This document shows positions 38,301 through 47,513 of a DNA stretch of 64,000 nt, one piece after another (within the stretch, counting starts at the first letter, position 1; each line of letters starts with the position of its first letter). The position numbers and the translations under genes are program-made. The stretch is from an uncultured Clostridia bacterium (GTDB lineage: Bacteria > Bacillota > Clostridia > Christensenellales > UBA1242), in NCBI GenBank assembly GCA_944383405.1, contig CALWPL010000002.1, positions 67,358-131,357 of the forward strand, written 5' to 3'. The notes under the pieces were generated by a model, which worked only from the letters and a program-made list of their open reading frames with translations, was not told the DNA's origin and did not search any database.

Positions 38301-38426
38301 GGGGCAAAATTTAAAATAAGATTTATGGATAAAATTTAAGATGAGACTTTTTGACAAAATTTGAAATAAGACTTGTGGGCAGAATTTGAAATAAGATTTT
38401 TTTGGCAAAGTTTAAAACATGACTAA
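38301..38426. repeat. Five tandem 25-bp repeats immediately 3' of sigK; the last unit overlaps the stop codon
   Basis: The units are ggggcaaaatttaaaataagattta / tggataaaatttaagatgagacttt / ttgacaaaatttgaaataagacttg / tgggcagaatttgaaataagattttt / ttggcaaagtttaaaacatgactaa. Confidence 0.85.
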
Positions 38427-39121
38427 AAGTATAATTTTTCTTTTTTGACTTTTTCCTTTATTGTGTCAAGGGCTTTTTTTTCAAGTCTTGATATGTAGGA
38501 GCGAGATATATCAAGTTTTTTTGCTATTTCTCTTTGGGTGTAGATGGGAGTGTTATTTAGTCCGTACCGCATTTGTAGTATTTCAAATTCACGCTTATCA
38601 AGAGATGATTTCGCAAGTTTTATTAGTTTTTCATTTAAAAAAGAGTTCTCTGCGTTTTCAACAACATCTTCATCACTTGGAATTATGTCTTGAACGGAGA
38701 CATCGTTTCCGTCTTTATCTTTTCCAAGAGACTCGTTTAAAGACATAACGGCATTGTGTTTTTTGTTGACTCGAAGAAGCATAAGTATTTCATTTTCTAT
38801 ACATCTTGCGGCGTAAGTCGAAAACTGTGTGTTTTTCCCATATTCAAAAGTGTTTACCGCTTTTATAAGTCCTATGGAGCCTACTGATATTAGGTCATCG
38901 CTTTCACTGCTTCCGCTATATTTTTTTGCAACATGGACAACTAGCCTTAGATTGTGCGAAATTAACTTGTCTTTTGCCTTTTTATCTCCTTTTTTAAAGG
39001 CTTCAAAATAGGCTTTTTCTTGTTTTTCAGTAAGGGGCTTTGGAAAATTTGACGCATTATTTACATAGGCAGAAAATAACATTATTTTGTTCATAAAGGC
39101 AACAAAACTTTCAACAATCAT
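38423..39121 (-). CDS. sigK: Sporulation sigma factor, pro-SigK type, uninterrupted
   Basis: From MIVESFVAFMNKIMLFSAYVNNASNFPKPLTEKQEKAYFEAFKKGDKKAKDKLISHNLRLVVHVAKKY the sequence is collinear with the B. subtilis pro-sigma-K leader and region 2 (YVKNNAFPQPLS...LIEHNLRLVAHIVKKF). Region 4 reads QREIAKKLDISRSYISRLEKKAL. GAGG lies 7 nt upstream of this ATG. The ORF track extends to 39172. Confidence 0.8.
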   Translation of the reverse strand: MIVESFVAFMNKIMLFSAYVNNASNFPKPLTEKQEKAYFEAFKKGDKKAKDKLISHNLRLVVHVAKKYSGSSESDDLISVGSIGLIKAVNTFEYGKNTQFSTYAARCIENEILMLLRVNKKHNAVMSLNESLGKDKDGNDVSVQDIIPSDEDVVENAENSFLNEKLIKLAKSSLDKREFEILQMRYGLNNTPIYTQREIAKKLDISRSYISRLEKKALDTIKEKVKKEKLYF

Positions 39122-39189
39122 ATAAAAACCTCGCTTTCTATGATATATGAAAATTTTTGTCGAAATTTGCATGTCCTTATTTATTTTGT

Positions 39190-39470
39190 TGGGAATTTAA
39201 AGATTTTGTTTATAGTTGTTTTTATTTTATAAAAAACTTAATAAAATTGCTTATAGTCTTTTTTTATTAGTTAAAAATTTTGTTTATGGTGTTTCTTTTA
39301 TTTTATTTAGTATTTAAAAATTTTTTAGTTTGTATTTATTGCTTATAATGAGAATTCAAAAATCAGTTTTAGTTGTTTTTATTTAAGGTATAGAAATTGT
39401 TTATAGTTGTTTTTATTTTATAGAAGATAAAAATTTTGTTTATGGTGGTGGCTCTTTTTATTTTGTTAAA
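39190..39470. repeat. Five or more dispersed-tandem copies of an approximately 30-bp AT-rich motif AAAWTTKTTTATRGTKGTTTTTATTTTAT in the sigK/rarA divergent intergenic region
   Basis: Copies lie near 39200, 39275, 39362 (weaker), 39394 and 39430, for example gattttgtttatagttgtttttattttata and aattgtttatagttgtttttattttatag. Confidence 0.75.
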
Positions 39471-39543
39471 GATTTTTGGTGTTTTCTAAACAATTAAAAA
39501 TAGTATTATTGCAATAATTGTTTAACTATGATATATTTTAAAT

Positions 39544-40842
39544 ATGGAATATTATTCAAATTTTGAGAAAAATAAACCGCTTAGTGAGCGGATGAGACCT
39601 AGAAATTTAGAAGAATTTGTGGGGCAGGAGCACATTGTTCATAAAGATTCTTTACTTGATAGGGCGATACGAGCAGGAGTTCTTGGGAGTTGTATTTTTT
39701 ATGGCCCGCCAGGAACTGGGAAAACAAGCCTTGCACATATTATAGCAAATATGTCAAAGGGGGAGATTGTGAAACTCAATGCCGTTTCAAGTGGGGTGGC
39801 GGAAGCAAAGGCATGCATTGACAAGGCAAAGACAGATTTTGAGTTGTTTAACAAAAGAACATATTTATTTTTAGACGAGTGTCATAGGTGGAGCAAGGCA
39901 CAAAGTGATTGTGTATTACAAGCAATAGAAGAAGGGCACATAATTTTTATAGGTTCAACAACTGAAAATCCATACACTTCTATGACTCGTGCTATTGTTT
40001 CAAGGTGTAGGGTCTTTGAGTTTAAAGAAATAGAGAAAGAAGATGTTATAAAGGCACTTAAAAGTGCAATTAGCGATAAAGAGCGTGGACTTGGAAATTT
40101 ACCTGTTGAAGTAGAAGAAAGTGCACTTGATTATTTTGCGTATGCTTGCGGTGGAGATATTAGACAGGCGTTAAATGGGCTCGAACTTGCAGTAAAAACA
40201 ACAAACCTAAATAAAAATAAAAAGATATTAATTACAAAAGAGATAGCAACTCAAAGTATTGGTAGGTTGCCACTAAGTCTTGACAGTTCAATGTATTATG
40301 ACCTGCTTTCTGCTTTTTGTAAAAGTATTAGGGGTAGTGATACAGAAGGGGCTTTATACTACTCTGCAAGGTTATTAAAAGCAGGCGTTGACCCTAAGAT
40401 AATTGCAAGGAGACTTATTGCTCATTGTAGTGAAGATATTGGTATGGCGGATAGTAACGCTCTTTTGCTTGCGTGTTGTGCCATGTATTCGTGTGAAAAA
40501 TTAGGAGAGCCTGAGTGTTTATTAACTCTATCTCATGCAATAATTTATGCGTGTGAAGCGGATAAATCAAATTCAGTTTTAATTGCAAAGGACAAGGCGT
40601 TAAAAGACGCAGAAGAAACAAGAGATTCATTTGTACCAAATAGGCTAAAAAATCATCCATCTACAAATGATGATAAGACAGGTGGCTATAAGTATCCGCA
40701 CGATTATGGTGGCTATGTTGAGCAGGAATATATGCCAAGTAACTTACTTGATAGAGTTTATTATACGCCAAGTAAAAATGGTAGAGAAAAAAATATTGTT
40801 AGGAAAAAATTTTTATATAATAAAAAGCAATCAAAAAAATAA
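39544..40842 (+). CDS. rarA: Replication-associated recombination protein A (AAA+ ATPase RarA/MgsA)
   Basis: LSERMRPRNLEEFVGQEHI, Walker A GPPGTGKTS, Walker B LFLDECHRW, and the MgsA C-terminal domain (YYDLLSAFCKSIRGSD, YKYPHDY). Confidence 0.95.
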   Translation: MEYYSNFEKNKPLSERMRPRNLEEFVGQEHIVHKDSLLDRAIRAGVLGSCIFYGPPGTGKTSLAHIIANMSKGEIVKLNAVSSGVAEAKACIDKAKTDFELFNKRTYLFLDECHRWSKAQSDCVLQAIEEGHIIFIGSTTENPYTSMTRAIVSRCRVFEFKEIEKEDVIKALKSAISDKERGLGNLPVEVEESALDYFAYACGGDIRQALNGLELAVKTTNLNKNKKILITKEIATQSIGRLPLSLDSSMYYDLLSAFCKSIRGSDTEGALYYSARLLKAGVDPKIIARRLIAHCSEDIGMADSNALLLACCAMYSCEKLGEPECLLTLSHAIIYACEADKSNSVLIAKDKALKDAEETRDSFVPNRLKNHPSTNDDKTGGYKYPHDYGGYVEQEYMPSNLLDRVYYTPSKNGREKNIVRKKFLYNKKQSKK

Positions 40843-41069
40843 CTAACATTGGCATAAGAATATGAGAATTTATGGCTAAAAACGAGAACAATGAATAAAA
40901 TAAGAAATAAATAAGAATATAATTTTAAAAATATTAGCAGCAAAATTATTAAAAGGAAAATATAATAGGGTAAAAGAGTTAATAGTCTTTGAAAGAAAAA
41001 AAAGTATTGACAAAAGATAAATCAATTTAATAAAATAAGGCGTTTATTTAGAAAACCTTTGGAGAAAAA

Positions 41070-41438
41070 ATGAAATACAATAAGAAAGAATACAGTAGAT
41101 TAAAAAAAGTTTTAGGGGTTTTAGTTAAAAACAAACTAACTTGGGACGAGATAAAGATTGGGTTTGAACAAGTATATACTAACATTTCAGATACTCAGAA
41201 CCCTAGAATGGAAGAATTTACAAAAAAATATGATGTGCTTGATTTAATTAGGTCTAAAAGCAAGTTGCTTGCTGTATACCTTATTGATAAAGAGCATTTA
41301 CTTATTGCAGAAGTATTCTTTTATAACAAGGCACCTAATGGTTTATTGTTTTTCTTAAATCAATTTAAAAAAGATTTTGGGTCTTGGCATCAAGACCAAG
41401 TTGCAATTTATACTTCAAGTAATGTTGAGAGCGTGTGA
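41070..41438 (+). CDS. Hypothetical protein (122 aa)
   Basis: SD GGAGA. No recognisable motifs. It ends in TGA immediately followed by TAG. Confidence 0.5.
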   Translation: MKYNKKEYSRLKKVLGVLVKNKLTWDEIKIGFEQVYTNISDTQNPRMEEFTKKYDVLDLIRSKSKLLAVYLIDKEHLLIAEVFFYNKAPNGLLFFLNQFKKDFGSWHQDQVAIYTSSNVESV

Positions 41439-41687
41439 TAGTATAAAAAAGCGTAAGTTTTAATCTATAATTTTTGAAACTAATTATAAAAAAGAGTTTT
41501 ACTTTAAAAAGTAGAACTCCTTTTCTTATATTTTATTCTGCTAGTTTCAAAAGGCTTTAACCTTAAAACTATGTTTTTAATTTCAAAAATAGCATAAAAA
41601 ACACTTCAACTTTTTATAGTAAAGTGTTTTTTATTTTTTAGATGTAAAAATAATGTATACCTTTATAATTGAAATTAATTTTAAATG

Positions 41688-42443
41688 TTAATTGCTCTTT
41701 TTTGCTCTTGCAAAGATTTTTAAGATTTGCAAAATAAGTTTTAATATGCTTAAAACAAGAACGATGACATCTGAGACAATATAAAGTTTCAATAAACTTT
41801 GGAAAGTTGTTATTTCTTGTTCATTAAAAATGTTTGCACTTCGTAAAATTTCAACTGCCTGTTCGTTTGCTTTTTTCTCTACTTTTATATTAAAAATCTG
41901 CAAAACAAATGTAAGAAAGTAGAAGCCTATACCAACAAGTAATCCTATCATTGTCGGAATACCAGTAAATTGAGTAACCAAATCTATTATAAGTCCAATA
42001 GCGATTGACCCATAAAAGAGAAGTGGGGTAAAGAGTGTTAAAATTTGTAGGACATATCTAAAGAGAAAACTCTTATCTTTGTTTTTATGCTGGACGGCAA
42101 GGCAAACTTTTTGTATTGCAATACCAACGGCGGTTACAGAAGAAGCGTCTAAGATATTTTTTCTTAAATATATTGTCTTTTTCATCACGCTATAATGATT
42201 TCCAAAAAGAAGTATTCTTCTAAAAAAGCCTAATTTTTTGATTTGTACATTTTGAAGTCCATTGGCATCAAGTATAGCCCTTGCGGTTTGCTGTGAAGAC
42301 AAACCATTTTCTAGCGGTGTTTTGTTGAATTTTTTGTATTTTACTATTAAAACAATTTGAACAATAAGTGCAACAACTAAGCCTACCACAATGAGTCCTG
42401 AAACTATCATGATAGCAAGTTCGATTCCATTTAAATCTCCCAT
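41688..42443 (-). CDS. YugP-like (Zn_peptidase_2 family) membrane protein with a degenerate HExxH motif
   Basis: LSSQQTARAILDANGLQNVQI and SSVTAVGIAIQKVCLAVQH align with YugP ...SVAAxxVAAHEVGHAxQH. The H, E and H positions read Q, K and L. C-terminal TM helices match those of YugP. Confidence 0.65.
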   Translation of the reverse strand: MGDLNGIELAIMIVSGLIVVGLVVALIVQIVLIVKYKKFNKTPLENGLSSQQTARAILDANGLQNVQIKKLGFFRRILLFGNHYSVMKKTIYLRKNILDASSVTAVGIAIQKVCLAVQHKNKDKSFLFRYVLQILTLFTPLLFYGSIAIGLIIDLVTQFTGIPTMIGLLVGIGFYFLTFVLQIFNIKVEKKANEQAVEILRSANIFNEQEITTFQSLLKLYIVSDVIVLVLSILKLILQILKIFARAKKSN

Positions 42444-42591
42444 AATAATTCTCCTTTTCCAAATTATATTATTTATATAATAAAAAAGTCAAATCTTTAT
42501 TAAACATTTGACAAATATTATTATAAATTGTTATTATTTTGTAAATATTGTTAATATAAATTATATCGGAATAATAGAATTGGAGTAATAG

Positions 42592-43047
42592 ATGAGTAAA
42601 AAAGATTATCAAATAAATGTTATTACTGCAGATAATATAAAAAGCCAAAACAATTTGGAAGGTGAAGGTGTGGCTTTTAATCAAGCACAAGGTATGGAAA
42701 AGCCGCAAGATTTAAAGACAGGGCTTATGATTGGCGGGCTTATAACATTTTTTCTTGCGGTGTGTTTTATGGCTTTTACTTTATATTTTTTATATCAAAC
42801 ATATAACTCGGTTAATAATGCACAAAATGCAGTTACTTTTGTCGTTTTTGTTTTGTCAGTTGGTTGGATTAGTTATATTCCAGGTGCGATTTGTTCGATT
42901 ATTTCTCTATGTTTTAATCCATATGTTATTAAGTCAACTAGTAAAGCGCAAAAGGCAGTTGGGATAATATTTACACTTTTATCTATTCTCATGGTTCTTT
43001 TCTACTTTGCTGTTGCAATTTTTGTAGTTGCATTACCAAATAGTTAA
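42592..43047 (+). CDS. Hypothetical integral membrane protein (151 aa, about 4 TM)
   Basis: SD GGAG. Hydrophobic segments follow a polar 40-aa N-terminus. Confidence 0.55.
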   Translation: MSKKDYQINVITADNIKSQNNLEGEGVAFNQAQGMEKPQDLKTGLMIGGLITFFLAVCFMAFTLYFLYQTYNSVNNAQNAVTFVVFVLSVGWISYIPGAICSIISLCFNPYVIKSTSKAQKAVGIIFTLLSILMVLFYFAVAIFVVALPNS

Positions 43048-43143
43048 AATATTTACCTTAAAAAAGGACAATAAAATAACTATACCATGAATTTGCTTGA
43101 TTTTTAAAAATTTATTAGGTATAGTAACAATCGGAGGTAGAAG

Positions 43144-43677
43144 ATGGAACTTAAAGGAAGTCAAACAGAAAAAAATTTATGGACAGCATTTGCTGGGGAG
43201 TCCCAGGCAAGAAATAAATATACTTATTTTGCTAGCCGAGCAAAAAAAGATGGCTATGAGCAAATTGCAGAAGTTTTTACAAAGACTGCTGACAATGAAA
43301 AAGAGCATGCAAAACTCTGGTTCAAGGCATTAGAAGGTATTGGGGACACTATGCAGAATTTAGAAAGTGCTGCACAGGGTGAAAATTATGAGTGGACCGA
43401 TATGTACAAAGAATTTGCAAAGACAGCAAGGGAAGAAGGCTTTGTTGAAATCGCTGAGCAATTTGAAGGCGTTGCAAAGATTGAAAAAAATCACGAAGAT
43501 AGATATAGGGCTCTTCTTAAAAATGTAAAGGAAAATAAAGTCTTTTCTAAGGCAAAGAAGGTTGTTTGGGAGTGCAGAAATTGTGGACATAGGGTTGAAG
43601 GAGATAAGGCTCCTGATATTTGTCCTGTTTGTAAGCATCCAATGGCTTATTTCCAAGTACTTTGTGAAGAATTTTAA
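43144..43677 (+). CDS. rbr: Rubrerythrin
   Basis: [22 protein letters not shown] and EKEHAKLW form a ferritin-like diiron domain. The C-terminal rubredoxin motifs are CRNCGH...CPVC. Confidence 0.95.
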   Translation: MELKGSQTEKNLWTAFAGESQARNKYTYFASRAKKDGYEQIAEVFTKTADNEKEHAKLWFKALEGIGDTMQNLESAAQGENYEWTDMYKEFAKTAREEGFVEIAEQFEGVAKIEKNHEDRYRALLKNVKENKVFSKAKKVVWECRNCGHRVEGDKAPDICPVCKHPMAYFQVLCEEF

Positions 43678-43705
43678 TTTTAGTTTTTGTTTATTATAAT
43701 AAAAT

Positions 43706-43771
43706 ATAGACATGCAAGTTAAAGGTAGGTTTTTTAAGATTTGCTTTTAAAAGTTGTATGTCTATTTTTTT
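43706..43771 (+). terminator. Putative terminator after rbr (long hairpin plus T-run)
   Basis: atagacatgcaa (43706-43717) pairs with ttgtatgtctat (43754-43765) with one mismatch, followed by ttttttt. The loop is large, so confidence is moderate. Confidence 0.45.
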
Positions 43772-43993
43772 ATAATAAAATAGGGGTATATAGGACATTA
43801 AAAGAATTCTTATGTTAGGCTTTTTTTTAATGCTGTAAGTTTATTTTTTGTATTATTAAAATTAGTTTATTATATTGAGTCGTTTAAATAGTTTACGCCA
43901 ATAAAAAAGATACTTGTTTTATATAAAAAGTTGTAGTGCGGGTGTTTAGTAGAATAAAGTAAAACTTTATGATTATATTTAGCAAATTGCCTA

Positions 43994-44022
43994 TTGAAAT
44001 GAGTCTTTTCCTTTGGTATAAT
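43994..44022 (+). promoter_or_regulatory. Strong sigma-A promoter of array gene P1 (TTGAAA-17-TGgTATAAT)
   Basis: TTGAAA at 43994-43999, a 17-bp spacer ending in TGg, and TATAAT at 44017-44022. Confidence 0.6.
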
Positions 44023-44054
44023 GATTTTACTTTAATATAAAAGGGAGATTTTAA

Positions 44055-45170
44055 ATGAGTAATTTGTATTTTGATGAGCAGAATTTTAGTTTTCTTACAT
44101 CTTTTCTTGGGAAAGATGGCTGTTTATCTATAAGTAGCGAAAATGTGCCTTATTCAGCGGATTATTACATGGCAAAAGTTTATGATATCTTTTATTCTTT
44201 AAAGCCAAAGGGGCAGGAAATTTCACTTATGAGAAAGAAAGACCTTATAAAAGTAGGGGCATTAGCCGAATTAAAGAAGAACTACAATTATAAGTCTTTT
44301 GTCATTGCGGGAGATGTTAAAAAGGAGTATGCTGATGCTGAAACAATGCTTCTTGAAGCGTATAAAATTATTCGTGGGCAAGAGAGAAAAAATAATTGGG
44401 GGCATAATGTAGATTTTAGCATGTGTTTAAACGAGACAGAAGATAGCAAAATTACAGGTAGACTTGTTGGGAGTTTAATTCCTAGTGATGTTTTCCCAGT
44501 TGAGATGCCAGACGGAAAGATTATTCTTCAAATGAAAAACATTTTAGAAAACAAAGAAGTTGTAAGGGCTAGTGTATATCATAAGATTTTGGCAGATAAA
44601 TACGCTCTTGATTTGCGAGATTTAGAGCATTTATTTGCAAATAAAAACGCATCAAAAAGGATTTTTGAGCATTTTTCAGATAGGGCTGTAAGTGAAAGGT
44701 TAAAAATGTCTGTAATAAATGCTATGTTTGGGGTTAGTAATTTTGATAGTAGTAAGTATGCATACAAGGTAAAGAATGGGCTTATTGAAGATGTTTATCC
44801 ACTTTCTTTTGCCTCAAGCGGAGAAAACCATAAGACTGGAGTTAGTTTTGAAGGGCTTAGATATAATAGTGAATTTTCATATAACGATGAAAGTTATAGG
44901 CAAATAGTTAAAAATATTTTGGAGAACAAAAAGTCTCAAAAGTATTTAAATGATAGCCAAATTGCTGATTTACTACTTGAAATAGATAGTTTAAATTATG
45001 AAAAGTTAGGCGAGAGTATTGAAAAGACTTTTGATTATGAAATAAATTATGACTACATAAAAAGACTTGACAGGGCAAAAGAGAATATGGCTTCAATGTT
45101 TAGCAAAAAACTAGAAGATAAATTGATACAAAAGTCATACAGTAGCAATGAAGACCAATTTTTAATTTAA
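44055..45170 (+). CDS. Array paralog P1 (371 aa), uncharacterised family; the most divergent member
   Basis: SD AAGGGAG. It shares collinear blocks with P2-P7: FSDRAVSERLKMSVINAMFGVSNFDSSKYAYKV...VYPLSFASSGEN and the C-terminal LNYEKLGESIEKTFDYEINYDYIK. Confidence 0.85.
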   Translation: MSNLYFDEQNFSFLTSFLGKDGCLSISSENVPYSADYYMAKVYDIFYSLKPKGQEISLMRKKDLIKVGALAELKKNYNYKSFVIAGDVKKEYADAETMLLEAYKIIRGQERKNNWGHNVDFSMCLNETEDSKITGRLVGSLIPSDVFPVEMPDGKIILQMKNILENKEVVRASVYHKILADKYALDLRDLEHLFANKNASKRIFEHFSDRAVSERLKMSVINAMFGVSNFDSSKYAYKVKNGLIEDVYPLSFASSGENHKTGVSFEGLRYNSEFSYNDESYRQIVKNILENKKSQKYLNDSQIADLLLEIDSLNYEKLGESIEKTFDYEINYDYIKRLDRAKENMASMFSKKLEDKLIQKSYSSNEDQFLI

Positions 45171-45296
45171 CTAAGAAAGTTGTTTAATTTTTAAAATTGT
45201 TTTTAATTTTAAAAAAAGTGTAGATAATACTAAGATTTAGAAAGTAAATTTGAATTTAGTGTTATAAATAAGTTATTATCTATAAAACACTTTACT

Positions 45297-45326
45297 CTTG
45301 AAAAATATGGCGTAATATGTTAAAAT
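45297..45326 (+). promoter_or_regulatory. Sigma-A promoter of array gene P2 (TTGAAA-18-TGtTAAAAT)
   Basis: TTGAAA at 45297-45302 and the extended -10 element TGTTAAAAT ending at 45326. Confidence 0.55.
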
Positions 45327-45345
45327 ATTTTTAAGGAGAAAATAT

Positions 45346-46359
45346 ATGAAAAAAAATTTAGTTTTGAACCTTTTAAAAGACCAATTTTCAGAGATTGATG
45401 GGACTATTGATTTTGAAAGTTTACCAAAATTACTTGAAAAGAATTACGAGGAGCATGCTGACACACAGATTTGGTCTGCAAAAAAAGTTTTTACCAAAGT
45501 TGGCGAGTTTTATGTTGCACCAGAAAATCAAATTGAAAAAGAAGTTATAGATTCTGAGATATTATTATCTCAAGTTTATAATGAAATGGGCTTTGATGCT
45601 CCTATTTATTTTCCGGTTAAAAAAAATAGACACTTAACAATTATGTGTGATGATATTATATCAAGCAAGACTGAAATTGCTGAAAAATATCATAAGGACA
45701 ACGCATCTGATGTTAAATTTGACAACAAGACTCTTAAACATTTATTTAGAAATGGGGAGTTAAAAAGGGGTTTTGTTCCAAGAATTATTTCAAAAGAATG
45801 TTTAAAAAGAAGGCTAGAACTTGAACTACTTGATGCTGCGATGTGCGTTTCAACAAGAGATTTTAATCAGATTGCCTATAAAAAAAATAAACTTGGAAAG
45901 GTATATGATATTGTTCCACTTTCAAATGGGATTAGCGGGTATAACTTTTTAAAAGCAAAGAAGGGAAAACTTATAGAGCCGGTTTATTTAAGCGAATTTT
46001 CAGATAAATTTCAAACTGTTGAAGGACTTGCAAAGTCCTATGCACAAAATGAGCAAGCAAAGGGATGTTTTACTGAAAAAGACATGACTGATTTTTTAAA
46101 TAAGTTGCAAAATCTTGATATTGAAAAGATTGCTCGAGACATAAAGGATAGTATTCACTATGAAGTTGATAGTGATTATGTAAAGTTTGTAGAAAAAAAC
46201 AAAGAACTAGTTTTCAATACTTTGCATGATGAACTTTATAAGAACAATGCTAGAAATGCTGATTTGTCTTGGGTTAAGATTTGCAAAAATGTGGGAGAGA
46301 ATTATTTAAAGTCTCAAAACACATCTCAGGTTCAAAACGAAGAAGATTTAGAAAAGTAA
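45346..46359 (+). CDS. Array paralog P2 (337 aa), uncharacterised family
   Basis: SD AAGGAGA. Shared blocks are DSEILLSQVYNEMGFDAPIYF, KYH, LELELLDAAMCVSTRDFNQIAYKK, VPLSNGISGYNF and LDIEKIARDIKDSIHYEVDSDYVK. Confidence 0.85.
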   Translation: MKKNLVLNLLKDQFSEIDGTIDFESLPKLLEKNYEEHADTQIWSAKKVFTKVGEFYVAPENQIEKEVIDSEILLSQVYNEMGFDAPIYFPVKKNRHLTIMCDDIISSKTEIAEKYHKDNASDVKFDNKTLKHLFRNGELKRGFVPRIISKECLKRRLELELLDAAMCVSTRDFNQIAYKKNKLGKVYDIVPLSNGISGYNFLKAKKGKLIEPVYLSEFSDKFQTVEGLAKSYAQNEQAKGCFTEKDMTDFLNKLQNLDIEKIARDIKDSIHYEVDSDYVKFVEKNKELVFNTLHDELYKNNARNADLSWVKICKNVGENYLKSQNTSQVQNEEDLEK

Positions 46360-46476
46360 AAACTAAAAATAGGCTAATTTTTAAGTAACAAAGAATTTAA
46401 ACAATAATAGAAAAAAGTTTTTAAAAATGGAATAAGGTAAATGAAAAATAGACTTGGCAAAAAAGGAGAAGAGCCT

Positions 46477-47418
46477 ATGGAAAAGATAATTGAAAATACA
46501 TTATCAAATGACAGACAAACTCTTAATGCGTTAGTTTTAAATCACTATGTTAAAGAATACAAGCATTTAGTTCCAGGCGGGGTGCTAGATAAAAGCATAA
46601 GAAAAGTTGAAAGGGTTGACAAGATACAAAGTGATGCGACAGTTATTCAAAGTTTAATTTGTAAAGAAATGGGGCTTTCTTCTCCTGATATTATGCCTGT
46701 TTTATTTAAAAATAAGTCTATTTTAAGTGGGATAATTAATATTGATAGTATTGAGCAAGTTTCAGATGTTTTAAGGGCTGACAAGTATCATAACATTATG
46801 AATAATATTATTTTTCAAGAAGATATTAAGCAGAAATTAAATTGTGAAAACTTGCCAAAAGCAGAAAGAGATTTTCTAAAACGATTGTACTTATTGAGTT
46901 TTTTTACTAAAGAAGGGAATAGACCGATAGATAGAATATTTTTTGGAGAATACAACCATTTTAGCGAACATTTTAGTGATGAAGCACTAAGAGAACTTAT
47001 TAAAATTAGAATTGCAAAACTTGCTACTTTCGACTCGTCAAATTCTTTAAAATCAAATTACTACAAACTAAATGATATTTGGGCGGTGGACAAAGTTTTT
47101 CCAGTTGAAGCAATTGTAGAAAAAAAAGATTTAAAAAGTGCTTTAAAGGGTAATAGATTGGATTTACTATATCAAACTGAGTTTTCTCCACTTCCACTTA
47201 ATTTTAGAGCAGTTCTTAGTCTAATAAAGAACAATGAAAAGGCAAATGAAGTTTTTAGTAAAAATCAGGTAGCGGAAGTTGTAAGTGATTTAAGCAAAAA
47301 GTCTATTTTTAAACTTGAAAGCGAACTAAACGAAAAAACGGGAATAAGCGTTAATTCAGATTATTTAGTTGCGGTTGACAAACAGATAAATGATATTTGC
47401 AATGAATTGTCTAAATAA
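46477..47418 (+). CDS. Array paralog P3 (313 aa from MEKII), uncharacterised family
   Basis: GGAGA lies 7 nt upstream of the ATG at 46477; the ORF track starts at 46441. Shared blocks are SDATVIQSLICKEMGLSSPDIMPV, KYHNIMN, GNRPIDRIFFGEYNHFSEHFSDEA and IAKLATFDSSNSLKSNYYKL. Confidence 0.85.
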   Translation: MEKIIENTLSNDRQTLNALVLNHYVKEYKHLVPGGVLDKSIRKVERVDKIQSDATVIQSLICKEMGLSSPDIMPVLFKNKSILSGIINIDSIEQVSDVLRADKYHNIMNNIIFQEDIKQKLNCENLPKAERDFLKRLYLLSFFTKEGNRPIDRIFFGEYNHFSEHFSDEALRELIKIRIAKLATFDSSNSLKSNYYKLNDIWAVDKVFPVEAIVEKKDLKSALKGNRLDLLYQTEFSPLPLNFRAVLSLIKNNEKANEVFSKNQVAEVVSDLSKKSIFKLESELNEKTGISVNSDYLVAVDKQINDICNELSK

Positions 47419-47513
47419 GATTTTATAAGTTTAGGCAATTTAGGACTAAAAGTATTAAATTAACCTTACCTAGATTTAAATACATAAAAAGATTAAAAGA
47501 AAGGAAAGTGAAA

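Noticed and set aside
35166-39470. CRISPR array interpretation of the intergenic tandem repeats (35166-35430, 38301-38426, 39190-39470; also 52186-52268)
   Set aside because: The units are contiguous or irregularly spaced and degenerate. They lack the pattern of an identical 24-48-bp repeat alternating with unique spacers of similar size, and no cas genes are present.
43048-43143. PerR/Fur box in the rubrerythrin promoter
   Set aside because: The closest stretch, ttaaaaatttattag, matches the 7-1-7 consensus TTATAATNATTATAA poorly. It is not reportable.
43097-43333. 78-aa ORF overlapping the rubrerythrin start
   Set aside because: It is out of frame with the clearly conserved rubrerythrin CDS, and it begins within the promoter/RBS region.
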